Source: Candidatus Dormibacteria bacterium
GTDB taxonomy: Bacteria; Chloroflexota; Dormibacteria; Aeolococcales; Bog-877
Reading direction: 5' to 3'
Length of the DNA stretch: 64,000 bases
NCBI GenBank assembly: GCA_050734515.1
Contig: JBOHUM010000099.1
Span: 3,123-67,122, forward strand
The translations under genes and the position numbers were made by a program. The number at the start of each line of letters is the position of its first letter. Positions within the stretch are counted from its first letter, which is position 1. Positions 52,149 through 60,762 of the stretch are shown here, in pieces. The notes under the pieces are model-generated. The model was given only the letters and a program-made list of their open reading frames with translations. It had not been told where the DNA came from and searched no databases.

Positions 52149-53000
52149 GTGAAAATGGCCGCGGCCATGGCTGCGATCCTCACGCTCCTGACCGACTTCG
52201 GCGAGTCGGACGGCTACGTCGGCGCCCTACGAGGCGCGATCATCGGGACCGCGCCGCAGTTGCGCCTGGAGACCCTGACCCACGGGATCCCCGCCCACGA
52301 CATCGGGGCCGGGGCCTACTGGCTGGCGGCCTCAGCCCCAGCCTTCCCCGCCGGCACCGTGCATTGCGCCGTGGTCGATCCGGGGGTGGGCACGGAGCGG
52401 CCGCTGGTGGCCGCTCGCATGGACGGGCAGGTGGTGGTCGCCCCCGACAACGGCCTGCTCCACTTCCTCTGGCAGAAGAGCCAGGACCGCGCCGCGGTGC
52501 GCATCGAGGCTATGGGCAGCGAGCCCGGGCGGGTGAGCAATACCTTCCATGGGCGGGACCTGATCGGGCCGCTGGCGGCGCGCCTGGCCAGCGGCGCGCT
52601 GGATCTCCAGGACCTTGGCCCCCGGCTCAAGAGCCCCCAGCTCATCCCCGAATTCCTCCCCGAAGGGGACAGCGCCGGCACCGCGGCCCGGGTGGTGGTC
52701 GTCGATCGCTTCGGCAACGCCATCCTCACCGTAGCCCGCACCCCCTGGTACAGCCCGGCACCAGCCAGTGCCACCGTCAAGGGGGGGCGCGTGGTCGACC
52801 AGGTGGTGCGGACGTACGGCGAGATTCGAGGGGAGCTCGGCCTGCTCTGGAACAGCGCAGATCACCTGGAGATCGCGGGGAACCGGGTCAGCGCCGCCCG
52901 GCTCCTGAGGCTGGCCCCTGGGGATACCGTCCGGGTCGTCTGGGAGAAGCCGCCCGGGGCCAGCCGGCGCCGGGTCGGAGCGCCGGCCGCGGCATCTTGA
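52149..53000 (+). CDS. SAM hydroxide adenosyltransferase / SAM hydrolase (DUF62, chlorinase-fluorinase-like) family
   Basis: ILTLLTDFGESDGYVGALRGAI...HCAVVDPGVGTERP...VVAPDNGLL...FHGRDLIGPLAARLASG. Confidence 0.85.
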   Translation: MKMAAAMAAILTLLTDFGESDGYVGALRGAIIGTAPQLRLETLTHGIPAHDIGAGAYWLAASAPAFPAGTVHCAVVDPGVGTERPLVAARMDGQVVVAPDNGLLHFLWQKSQDRAAVRIEAMGSEPGRVSNTFHGRDLIGPLAARLASGALDLQDLGPRLKSPQLIPEFLPEGDSAGTAARVVVVDRFGNAILTVARTPWYSPAPASATVKGGRVVDQVVRTYGEIRGELGLLWNSADHLEIAGNRVSAARLLRLAPGDTVRVVWEKPPGASRRRVGAPAAAS

Positions 53001-53719
53001 GCCGACTGGTCCTGGCCAGCGCCGCTCAGGCCCGGGCCCTCGACGCCGCCGCCAGTCAGGCGGGCGTCCCCAGCGCCGCCCTGATGGCGCTGGCGTCCTT
53101 CCAGCTGGCTCGCCTGGCCCAGCGCCTGCTCGCCGAGGCCGGCCGGACGAGTGCCACGGTCGCGGCGGTGGCGGGCCGGGGAAACAACGGCGCGGACGCC
53201 CTGGGTTGCTGCCGCCACCTGGCCGCCTGGGGCAACCAGGTGCGGGCGGCGGTGCTGGGCGATACCTCCGACCCCGCCTCCGGGTACTCCTGCCAGGCGC
53301 GCTCCGCTGCGGCCTCCGGCGTTCAGCTGCGGCCAGGGGCGGAGGCGGTGGGCTGGGCCCTGGCCGGAGCGGACCTGATCTTGGACGGCGTGCTCGGCAC
53401 CGGCCAGAGCGGGCCGCCCCGGCCTCCCCTGGCCGACGTCATCGAAGCGATCAACCAAGCCGCGCAGCCGGTGCTGGCGATCGATCTGCCCAGCGGTATG
53501 GACGGCAGCAGTGGCGCCCGTCCGGGTGCCTGTGTGCGGGCCACCACCACTCTGATGCTCGGGGTGGCCAAGACCGGATGCCTGGAGCCCAGCGCCCGGC
53601 CATTCGTCGGTGAGCTCTGGCTGGCCGACATCGGCATCCCGGCCGCCGCCTACGCCGCGGTGGGGATGGCAGTTCCAGCCATGGCGGAGGCTGGCCTGAT
53701 CCGGGTCCGGGAGACGTGA
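52997..53719 (+). CDS. nnrE: NAD(P)H-hydrate epimerase (YjeF N-terminal domain only)
   Basis: TTG 52997 overlaps the upstream stop (TTGA). ...AAVAGRGNNGADAL...DLILDGVLGTG...LAIDLPSGMD. Confidence 0.85.
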   Translation: MSRLVLASAAQARALDAAASQAGVPSAALMALASFQLARLAQRLLAEAGRTSATVAAVAGRGNNGADALGCCRHLAAWGNQVRAAVLGDTSDPASGYSCQARSAAASGVQLRPGAEAVGWALAGADLILDGVLGTGQSGPPRPPLADVIEAINQAAQPVLAIDLPSGMDGSSGARPGACVRATTTLMLGVAKTGCLEPSARPFVGELWLADIGIPAAAYAAVGMAVPAMAEAGLIRVRET

Positions 53720-53819
53720 GCCTCCGGCGGAGTAGGGCAGGGCGCAGTCCGCTCCAGTTGCGCCCCGGGCGGGCGGCGGTTATGCTGACGCCAGCTCGCG
53801 TGCCTGAGCACGCATCGTC

Positions 53820-54341
53820 ATGAACAGCGTCCTAGAAAAGCCGTCCACCGCCGCGAGCACGCTGGAGGACTTGTCCCGCCAGCAACTCGGTGCCGTGGTC
53901 ACGTACACACTCCACCTCACCGGAACCCCTGAGGATGCGGTGGAGTACGTGGTCGCCGGACTGTTCCATGCACGCCATTTTCCGGCGGCAGCCCTGCAGC
54001 GCGACGGCCGAGCGATCCTCTACCGTTCGGTGACGCGTGCGGCTCGCCAGAACCAGCACTACCCGCCCCAGCGGCGGGGGGTGGCGCGCCTCTTCAGCAA
54101 GCGCCCACCGCTGATCAGCCTCGGTGCGACGGCCACGGACGCGGCCCGAATCAACACCACCAAGCGGGCGCTGCTGGCCACAGAGTTCAGTCGCCGAGCC
54201 GCGCTGCTGCTGCGCGACCTGGTGCGATTGTCCTACCGCGAAATCGGGGTTGCCCTGGAATGTTCTCCCGAGGCGTCGTCCCGCCTGGTCGCCTCGGCGC
54301 GTCGTGAATTTGGCAGCATTTATCGCGACATCTCCATATGA
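53820..54341 (+). CDS. highly divergent ECF-sigma-like protein
   Basis: Region-4-like RAALLLRDLVRLSYREIGVALECSPEASSRLVASARREF. Weak region-2-like TGTPEDAVEYVVAGLFHA...ILYRSVTRAARQ. ATGA overlap with a ZAS anti-sigma gene. Confidence 0.6.
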   Translation: MNSVLEKPSTAASTLEDLSRQQLGAVVTYTLHLTGTPEDAVEYVVAGLFHARHFPAAALQRDGRAILYRSVTRAARQNQHYPPQRRGVARLFSKRPPLISLGATATDAARINTTKRALLATEFSRRAALLLRDLVRLSYREIGVALECSPEASSRLVASARREFGSIYRDISI

Positions 54342-56152
54342 AGTGCAGCCTGCTCACCCTCAGCTGCGCCCTCGACGGCGAGCTGCCCCGCGAGCGCCAG
54401 GCCGAGCTGGACGCACACCTGATTACCTGCGAGCGCTGCAAGACCGGCATGCGGTACCTGCGGGAGGAGACCGAGCGGATCAGCCAGCTGGCTGCGGTCG
54501 GACTCTCCGAGGGAGTGGCCAGCGCCCTGCTGGAGCGGGCCCGGGTGCTCACCGCTCCCGGGTCGGCGTCGGCCGACGAGCCGGCTGCGCCCGCCCAGAG
54601 TGCGGCTCCACCGGTCCCCGACCCGTTCGGCGTCATGGGCCTGGGGGCGGCCATCCTCGAGGAGCCGGCGCCCGCGGCTGGCCCTGCCGAGCCTGGTTCC
54701 CGCCCCGAGAGCACGAACGGGGTGGTCCAAGGTCCAGCGGCCGACCTGCAAACCCCCCCCGTTGGGGAACCCGTCCCCGACACCGAGTCGGAGGTGACCT
54801 GGGAATCGCTGGCCGCCGCCCACGTCGACACTCCGACCGCCGCGCCCGCGCCCGGCGATGCCCCCGAGCCGACGCTCGATTGGGAGGCCGGCGCTGCCGA
54901 TGACACCCCGGGGGACCCTCCCGACGCCTGGGACGCACCCGCCATCGGCTCGGCACACCCGCCCCCGGTCGAGCCGACCCCAACCCCCGGGGTCGAAGAG
55001 GGGAATGAGACGATCGAGCCCCCGGCTCTGGCGGGCGGGGACCAGGCGCCCGAGCCCGCCTGGCCGGAACCGGCCCAGCTCACGCCGACGGAGCTCGAGC
55101 CCGGAGGGCTATCCCAGTCGGACGCCTGGATCACCGGCGGGCCTGGCGACTCCGAGGAGCCAGCCCCGCTGGACGGGGGCGCGCCCACCGACTACGGCGC
55201 TGCCACGGCAGGAGCCACCCAGGCCGCCCTGGACACCGAGCGCGCTGGCGCCGGCGCCTCGGCGCCTGCGGCCCGTCCCGACTCGGTGGAGGTGCCCGGT
55301 TGGGAGCCGGCCACCGAACTGCAGGTCCCTTGGGCCGACATCCCGGCCGCCCAGCCCCCCCAGGGCTCGGTGCCCGATCTCAGCGGAGTGCCCGTGGACC
55401 GGCGCACCCCGCTGCCGCCCGAGCCTCCCCTCCCAGCCGCCCCGCCCACCCGGCCGGCCGCGGCAGCCTTCTCCGGTATCCAGGTCGACGAGCGACCGCC
55501 CTCCGGCCCCCAAACACCACGGCGGGCCTCGGGCTCGGGAGGCCAGCGTCCCACCCGACCGGGAGGCGGAAGCGCCAGCACCGAACCACGGAGCTGGACC
55601 AGGACGGGCTTGATCGCGGTGGCGGCGGCGGCCCTGGTCCTGATCGGCTACAACGTCTTTCACGGGAGCGGGCAGCCCGCCAGCGGCCACCACCCGGGCG
55701 GTCAGCCCAGCCCATCGGCGTCAGCCCGGCCCAGCCCCTCCAGCAGCACCACCCCCCGGGCGACCCCGACCCCCCTGGCCCTGACGGGTGGCCAGACCAT
55801 CGGCGCGGGAGGCAGCGGCTACCGGGTGGAGACAGTCCGCTACGGCGTCCACGGCAGCCAGTTCTGGGTCGTCTTCCAGCTGTACCAGGGCAGCGGCCAG
55901 CCCACCGTGACCACCGGGTTCGACGGCCCGCAGACCCTCTACATCGAGATGGCCGGGGTGGCGCCCGGGACCGCGGTGCCGCAGCCCGCGCCGGGAAACC
56001 TGGTGACCGGCATCAGCATCGGCCACGTCTCGGGGTTCAGCGGCGCGGTGTACATCCTCCACCTGAGCCGGGCCGCCAGCGAGTCCCCCTCCTTCTTGGC
56101 GGGCAATGACAATGGCGGAGCGGGCGAGCGGCTGGTGAACATCCTCCAGTAG
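54338..56152 (+). CDS. zinc-binding (ZAS, zf-HC2) anti-sigma factor with a long acidic/Pro-rich linker, one TM and a C-terminal beta-rich domain
   Basis: N-terminus CALDGELPRERQAELDAHLITCERCK (H-x3-C-x2-C). Residues ~70-420 are P/A/E/D-rich. TM is GLIAVAAAALVLIGYNVF. C-terminus is ...YRVETVRYGVHGSQFWVVFQLYQ...TLYIEMAGV... (AMIN-like by eye). Confidence 0.8.
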   Translation: MKCSLLTLSCALDGELPRERQAELDAHLITCERCKTGMRYLREETERISQLAAVGLSEGVASALLERARVLTAPGSASADEPAAPAQSAAPPVPDPFGVMGLGAAILEEPAPAAGPAEPGSRPESTNGVVQGPAADLQTPPVGEPVPDTESEVTWESLAAAHVDTPTAAPAPGDAPEPTLDWEAGAADDTPGDPPDAWDAPAIGSAHPPPVEPTPTPGVEEGNETIEPPALAGGDQAPEPAWPEPAQLTPTELEPGGLSQSDAWITGGPGDSEEPAPLDGGAPTDYGAATAGATQAALDTERAGAGASAPAARPDSVEVPGWEPATELQVPWADIPAAQPPQGSVPDLSGVPVDRRTPLPPEPPLPAAPPTRPAAAAFSGIQVDERPPSGPQTPRRASGSGGQRPTRPGGGSASTEPRSWTRTGLIAVAAAALVLIGYNVFHGSGQPASGHHPGGQPSPSASARPSPSSSTTPRATPTPLALTGGQTIGAGGSGYRVETVRYGVHGSQFWVVFQLYQGSGQPTVTTGFDGPQTLYIEMAGVAPGTAVPQPAPGNLVTGISIGHVSGFSGAVYILHLSRAASESPSFLAGNDNGGAGERLVNILQ

Positions 56153-56168
56153 CTGCTGCCCGGTCCGC

Positions 56169-56813
56169 TCAGTTCCGACCGTAGCTGGCCGCGGGCTGGG
56201 CCCGGTTGGCCAGATCGAGGTCGAGCAGGCGCACCTCCCGGCGGAGCACCGCCAACTCCTGACGCAGGCGGGCGCCCGCGCCGGGGAGCTCGAGCAGGCG
56301 CTGCTTGTGCTTCAGCTCCACCAGCAGGGCGGAGGCGATCAGCCAGGAGAGCAGCACCGGGTCGGTGGGCGCTGGCGCCGAGCTGGGCGCGCGCCCGGTC
56401 AACCGGGCCAGCCGCGAGGTGTAGACGCCCAGGGCGGCCCGGGCCTCGCTGGCAAGGACGAACGAGGTCGGGTCGGGCTCGGAGTCGGGGAGGTAGGCCA
56501 CCTCGGCGCGGGGATAGGGCGCGTCCTGGAGCAGGTGGAGGATCCGAAACCGCTCCGCCCCCACCAGCAGCAGCGAGGTCCGGCCGCCCGACAGCGGGAC
56601 CGACTTGGTGATCACCGCCACCGTCCCCACCCCCTCAGGCTCGGCCGGGCCCCCGACCTCCCTGCCGCTGCGGATCGCGACCACTCCGAAGCGGCCGCCC
56701 TTGGCCAGGCAGTCGCTCAGCAGGGCTCGGTAGCGGGCCTCGAACACCTGCAGCGGCAGGGGCATCTGGGGGAACAGGACCGTTCGCAGGGGAAAGAGCG
56801 GCAGCTCGGGCAA
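56169..56813 (-). CDS. LON substrate-binding (LON-N) domain protein, stand-alone
   Basis: MPELPLFPLRTVLFPQMPLPLQVFEARYRALL...RFGVV. No AAA+ or protease domain follows. Confidence 0.85.
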   Translation of the reverse strand: MPELPLFPLRTVLFPQMPLPLQVFEARYRALLSDCLAKGGRFGVVAIRSGREVGGPAEPEGVGTVAVITKSVPLSGGRTSLLLVGAERFRILHLLQDAPYPRAEVAYLPDSEPDPTSFVLASEARAALGVYTSRLARLTGRAPSSAPAPTDPVLLSWLIASALLVELKHKQRLLELPGAGARLRQELAVLRREVRLLDLDLANRAQPAASYGRN

Positions 56814-56847
56814 GGCCGGCCCAGTATGCGGGAGAGGAGTGGGCGGC

Positions 56848-58746
56848 TCAGATCTGCGGCAGCGGCGTCATCCCCATCAGCTCCAGCGCTCGAGCCAGGG
56901 TGGCCCGGACCGCGTCCACCAGCCCGCGCCGCAGGCCGCGCAGGCTCTGATCGCGCTCCCGGTAAAGCCGGTCGCTGTGCTCGTAGAAGTCGTTGAAGGC
57001 GGTCGCCAGGCTGAAGGTATAAGCGGCGAGCGCGGACGGGCTGAGCTCGTCGGCAGCATCCGCCACCGCTGCCGGGAAGCGCTCCAGGAGCTTGACCAGG
57101 GTGCGCTCCTCGGGGGCCAACTCCGGGATCAGCGCCGGCAGCGGCAGCGGCTCGACGCGCCCCAGGATGCCGCAGGCGCGGGCGTGCGCGTACTGGAGGT
57201 AGACGCCGGTGTCGCCGCTGGTGCGTAGAGCCTCCCCGAAGTCGAAATTGATGATGGAGTTGAGCCCGAAGCGCAGCAGGTAGTAGCGCACCCCGCTGGC
57301 CGCCAGCCACTCCGCGGTCTGCTCGTCCCTGGCCTTGGCCCGCACCTGGCGGATGGCCTCGTCGAGCAGGAGGTCGGCGCCGACCTCGATACCCTGGCGG
57401 CCACTGAGGGCGTAGTGGCTGCGCTTGCTGCTGGTGTCCACCCCCAGGGCCGCCGCCGCGAGCGGAGAGAGTGCCACCACCTCGTAGGCCAGGTGCCGGA
57501 GCCTCTGCGCCTGGGCCCCGAAGCCCAGCCGCGCCAGCGCCTCCCGGACCACCCGCTGAGGGGCACTCTGACGCTGGTCGATCACGTTGACCACCCGGGC
57601 GGCGCGGCCGAATTGGTCGGGGTCCAGCTCCGCCAGCTCGGGTTCGGCGCTGCTGCTGGCCGGGCCCTGGGGCGACCAGAGGCGGTAGTGGAAGTCGAGT
57701 CCGAGGAGTCCGAACTTCCACAGGTGATAGGCGATGTCCTTGGCGGTGTAGGTGGCGATCCCGTCGCTCTTGACCAGAACCTTGGCCTCGCGCTCGTCCG
57801 GTTCTCCGGCATCCGGATCCTGGTCGAGGGGCAACACCCAGCAGCCGGCCAGGGGTCCGGCCTGGGCCCGATGGGTAACGCCTGCCTCCATCATCCAGTC
57901 CAGGGTGTGCTGCAGGAAGCCGAGCTCGATGATGTCGGACTCCCAGGTGAGCAGGTCGTAGGCGACCCCGGCGCGGGCCATGGTGCGTAGGTGGGCGGTG
58001 ACGATCTGGCTGGTCAGCTGCTTGGCGGCGGCAGCCACCTCCCCGCGGCGCGATTCGATCTGCCGCAGCAACTCGACCCGCCGTGCCTGGAGCCCGGGCT
58101 CCTCCTGGTAGCGGCGGCAGACCTCGACGTACACCCGCGAGCAGAAGCGGTCGAACGGCTCGGACTCACCGGGGGCGAGGCCCAACTCCCGGATGCCAAC
58201 CAGCACGTCGGCCACCTGAACCCCCGTGTCGTCGATGTAGTTCTGCACCTCGACCCGGTGTCCCCGGGCCCGCAACAGGCGGGCCACGGTGTCGCCGATG
58301 CAGGCGTTGCGGAGATGGCCCACGTGGGCTGCCTTATTGGGATTGGTGGCGGTGTGCTCCACCACCACCTTCTCACCAGCCAGGGGATCGGCGCAGATCA
58401 CCTCGCCCAGGCCGAGCGCCTGGGCAATGACCTCCGTGGTCAGCGAGCCGAAGTCGAGGCTCCAGTTGACGTAGCCGGCTCCGCTGACGGTTGCCTCGCG
58501 GGTGTGGGCCGCCGGCTCCTGGCACAGCCTGGTCGCCAGTTCCTCGGCGATCTCCCGGGGGGAGCGCCGCAGCAACGGAGCCAGCCTGAAGGCCACCGCC
58601 GAGGAGTAGTCGCCGGTACCGGCCAGGGCCGAGGGCTCGACCGCGACCAGCCCCGGAGGGCCCCCCAAGCCGCCGACTGCGGCCTCGAGCGCCGCGGTCA
58701 GGGAGCGCTGGAGGTCAGCCCAGGGAGCCGGACCTGAGGCGCTCAC
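56848..58746 (-). CDS. argS: arginine--tRNA ligase
   Basis: HIGH-type NKAAHVGHLRN. DALR anticodon-binding C-terminus. Final ...GMTPLPQI. Start set at GTG 58746. Confidence 0.93.
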   Translation of the reverse strand: MSASGPAPWADLQRSLTAALEAAVGGLGGPPGLVAVEPSALAGTGDYSSAVAFRLAPLLRRSPREIAEELATRLCQEPAAHTREATVSGAGYVNWSLDFGSLTTEVIAQALGLGEVICADPLAGEKVVVEHTATNPNKAAHVGHLRNACIGDTVARLLRARGHRVEVQNYIDDTGVQVADVLVGIRELGLAPGESEPFDRFCSRVYVEVCRRYQEEPGLQARRVELLRQIESRRGEVAAAAKQLTSQIVTAHLRTMARAGVAYDLLTWESDIIELGFLQHTLDWMMEAGVTHRAQAGPLAGCWVLPLDQDPDAGEPDEREAKVLVKSDGIATYTAKDIAYHLWKFGLLGLDFHYRLWSPQGPASSSAEPELAELDPDQFGRAARVVNVIDQRQSAPQRVVREALARLGFGAQAQRLRHLAYEVVALSPLAAAALGVDTSSKRSHYALSGRQGIEVGADLLLDEAIRQVRAKARDEQTAEWLAASGVRYYLLRFGLNSIINFDFGEALRTSGDTGVYLQYAHARACGILGRVEPLPLPALIPELAPEERTLVKLLERFPAAVADAADELSPSALAAYTFSLATAFNDFYEHSDRLYRERDQSLRGLRRGLVDAVRATLARALELMGMTPLPQI

Positions 58747-58762
58747 GCGCCCGGGGAGGAGC

Positions 58763-59086
58763 TCAGACCAGGGCGTCCAGCTTGGCCTTGAGCGAGGCCT
58801 TGGGCTGGTAGCCGACCATGCGCTGCACCTCGTGGCCACCCTTGAACAGGATCAGGGTGGGGATGCTCATCACCCCGAACTGGCCAGCGACCCCAGGGTT
58901 GGCATCGACGTCCAGCTTGGCGACCTTGACCCGGGGGCCGTACTCGGCTGCAAGGTCCTCGACGATGGGGGCGAGCATCTTGCAAGGTGGGCACCAGTCG
59001 GCCCAGAAGTCGACCAGGACTGGGGTCTCGGCCTTGATCACGTCGCCGTCAAAGCTCGCGTCGCTCACCTGGGTCATCGCTGCCAT
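58763..59086 (-). CDS. trxA: thioredoxin (active site WCPPC)
   Basis: ATG 59086 preceded by [31 protein letters not shown]...[12 protein letters not shown]. Confidence 0.9.
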   Translation of the reverse strand: MAAMTQVSDASFDGDVIKAETPVLVDFWADWCPPCKMLAPIVEDLAAEYGPRVKVAKLDVDANPGVAGQFGVMSIPTLILFKGGHEVQRMVGYQPKASLKAKLDALV

Positions 59087-59102
59087 GCTTGCTCTCCCGG
59101 CG

Positions 59103-59459
59103 TCAGGTGGTGCCGCCGGCGGAGGCGGCCCCATTCGACGCTGATTCTGCCTTGGTCGAGGCGGTGGGTGCACCGCCCGAGTCAGACTTGCCCGGCGGCT
59201 TGGCGCCGCCATCTGTCGCTCCGTCGCTGGGCGCGGCCTCCTTGCCGCTCTTGGAGGCCGTCCCGTTACTGCTGGCGCCGGCCGTCGAACGCGAGTCGGT
59301 CTTGTAGAAGCCCTGGCCCTTGAAGACCACTCCCACCGGGAAGAGGACTCGGCGCACCGGCAGCCCGCAGCTCAGGCAGGTAGTCAGGGCGGGATCAGTG
59401 ATCCCCTGCCAGGTCTCGAACTGGTGGCCAGCATCGCACCGGTAGGCGTAGGTGGGCAC
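59103..59459 (-). CDS. FmdB-family zinc-ribbon protein with a long S/G/A-rich tail
   Basis: [32 protein letters not shown]. The first knuckle reads C-x3-H rather than CxxC. Confidence 0.75.
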   Translation of the reverse strand: MPTYAYRCDAGHQFETWQGITDPALTTCLSCGLPVRRVLFPVGVVFKGQGFYKTDSRSTAGASSNGTASKSGKEAAPSDGATDGGAKPPGKSDSGGAPTASTKAESASNGAASAGGTT

Positions 59460-59489
59460 TGACTAAACCCTACCCGAACTGGGCCCGAT

Positions 59490-60755
59490 CTAAACGATGA
59501 CCGGCGCCGGGCCCCCGCCAGGGAGGAGCACCAAACCCGCGGGCACCTTGGGGAAGAAGTAGGTCGACTTCTGGGGCATGGCTTCGCCGGCAGAGGCCAC
59601 CGCCGCCATCTCCGCCACGGTGGTGGGGTTGAGCAGGAAGGCCAGCCCTCGGTGGGCGGCGGCCTGGCGGAGTGCCTCCTGAGCGCTGCGCAGGTAGAGC
59701 AGCCGACCGGCGCTGGCATCGGCGGCCGCGATGCCCAAATGGGCCCCTAGGATCTCGGTTCCCAGCACGGCCACGTCCAATTGGGCTCGGGGCGAGCGGA
59801 TACCTTCCCCGGTCCGGGGCCGGGCAGCCACCACCGTGGCCTCACCGTCGCCGATCCCGAAGGCATGCTGGGCCGCTCGGCGCCGGGCGATCTCCTCCAG
59901 AGTCTGGCTCAGGGGCCGCTGGCGCCGTTCCACTTCCCAGCCGACTCCGAGTAACCCCGTGGCCAGCTCCATGAGGTTCCGGGTGGATTGGGGCAGCACC
60001 CGGTGCGTGGGCAGGATCAGGTTGCCAGGGTCGTCCAGGGGTGCCATCAGGCTCAGGACTCCGGGCAGCCCCAGGCTGAGGGCTGTCTCGTAGCGGTGAT
60101 GGCCGTCGGCAATGAAGAGGCGGCTGGCGCCCAGGGCCTGACAGATGGCCTCCAGCCGCGCCGGATCCGACAACCGCCAGAGGCGGTGGTGCTCCGGGCC
60201 GCTCTCGCCAGGGACGGTCGCATGGTCGGTGGGCTGGGCCTGGGCCGCGAGCCGCCGGAGTTCCTCGGTGACCTCGGAGGCGCCCTCGTAGAGCAGCATC
60301 ACCGCCGATGTCTGCACCCCGGTGGCCTCCAGGAGACGAACGCGGTCCTGACGGGGGCCACTCAGGGTGAGTTCGTGGCGGAGCACCTCACGCCGGTCGT
60401 AGCCCACCGGCTGGACGGCGACGAAGCAGCCCAGCCGGGTGCCCACCGTGCCGTCCGGAGCGGGGAATCGGTGCTCGTGGACGTAGATCGAAGGGGCGTC
60501 GTCCTGGACCAGCACTCCCTCCTCCAGCCAGGCCCGGAGGTGCTCATGGGCCCGGGTGTAGCGATCCCGCTCGCCGGCCCGGTCGTCGGGGTAATCACGG
60601 CCCAGCTCCAGCCGGACCACGTTCTGCAGGGCGCGCCCGTAGAGCTCCGCCTGCAGCTCCGGCCCGATCACGTCATACGGTGGCGAGAGCACCGACCCCA
60701 AGTCCACCAGGGCGGGGTTGAAGCGGAGGCCGCGAAAGGGGGAGACCCGGGCCAA
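59490..60755 (-). CDS. DUF1015 domain protein
   Basis: TTG 60755. SPFRGLRFNPALVDLGSVLSPPYDVI...LFIADGHHRYETAL. The upstream part of the track ORF overlaps serA off-frame. Confidence 0.85.
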   Translation of the reverse strand: MARVSPFRGLRFNPALVDLGSVLSPPYDVIGPELQAELYGRALQNVVRLELGRDYPDDRAGERDRYTRAHEHLRAWLEEGVLVQDDAPSIYVHEHRFPAPDGTVGTRLGCFVAVQPVGYDRREVLRHELTLSGPRQDRVRLLEATGVQTSAVMLLYEGASEVTEELRRLAAQAQPTDHATVPGESGPEHHRLWRLSDPARLEAICQALGASRLFIADGHHRYETALSLGLPGVLSLMAPLDDPGNLILPTHRVLPQSTRNLMELATGLLGVGWEVERRQRPLSQTLEEIARRRAAQHAFGIGDGEATVVAARPRTGEGIRSPRAQLDVAVLGTEILGAHLGIAAADASAGRLLYLRSAQEALRQAAAHRGLAFLLNPTTVAEMAAVASAGEAMPQKSTYFFPKVPAGLVLLPGGGPAPVIV

Positions 60756-60762
60756 GGCCTGG

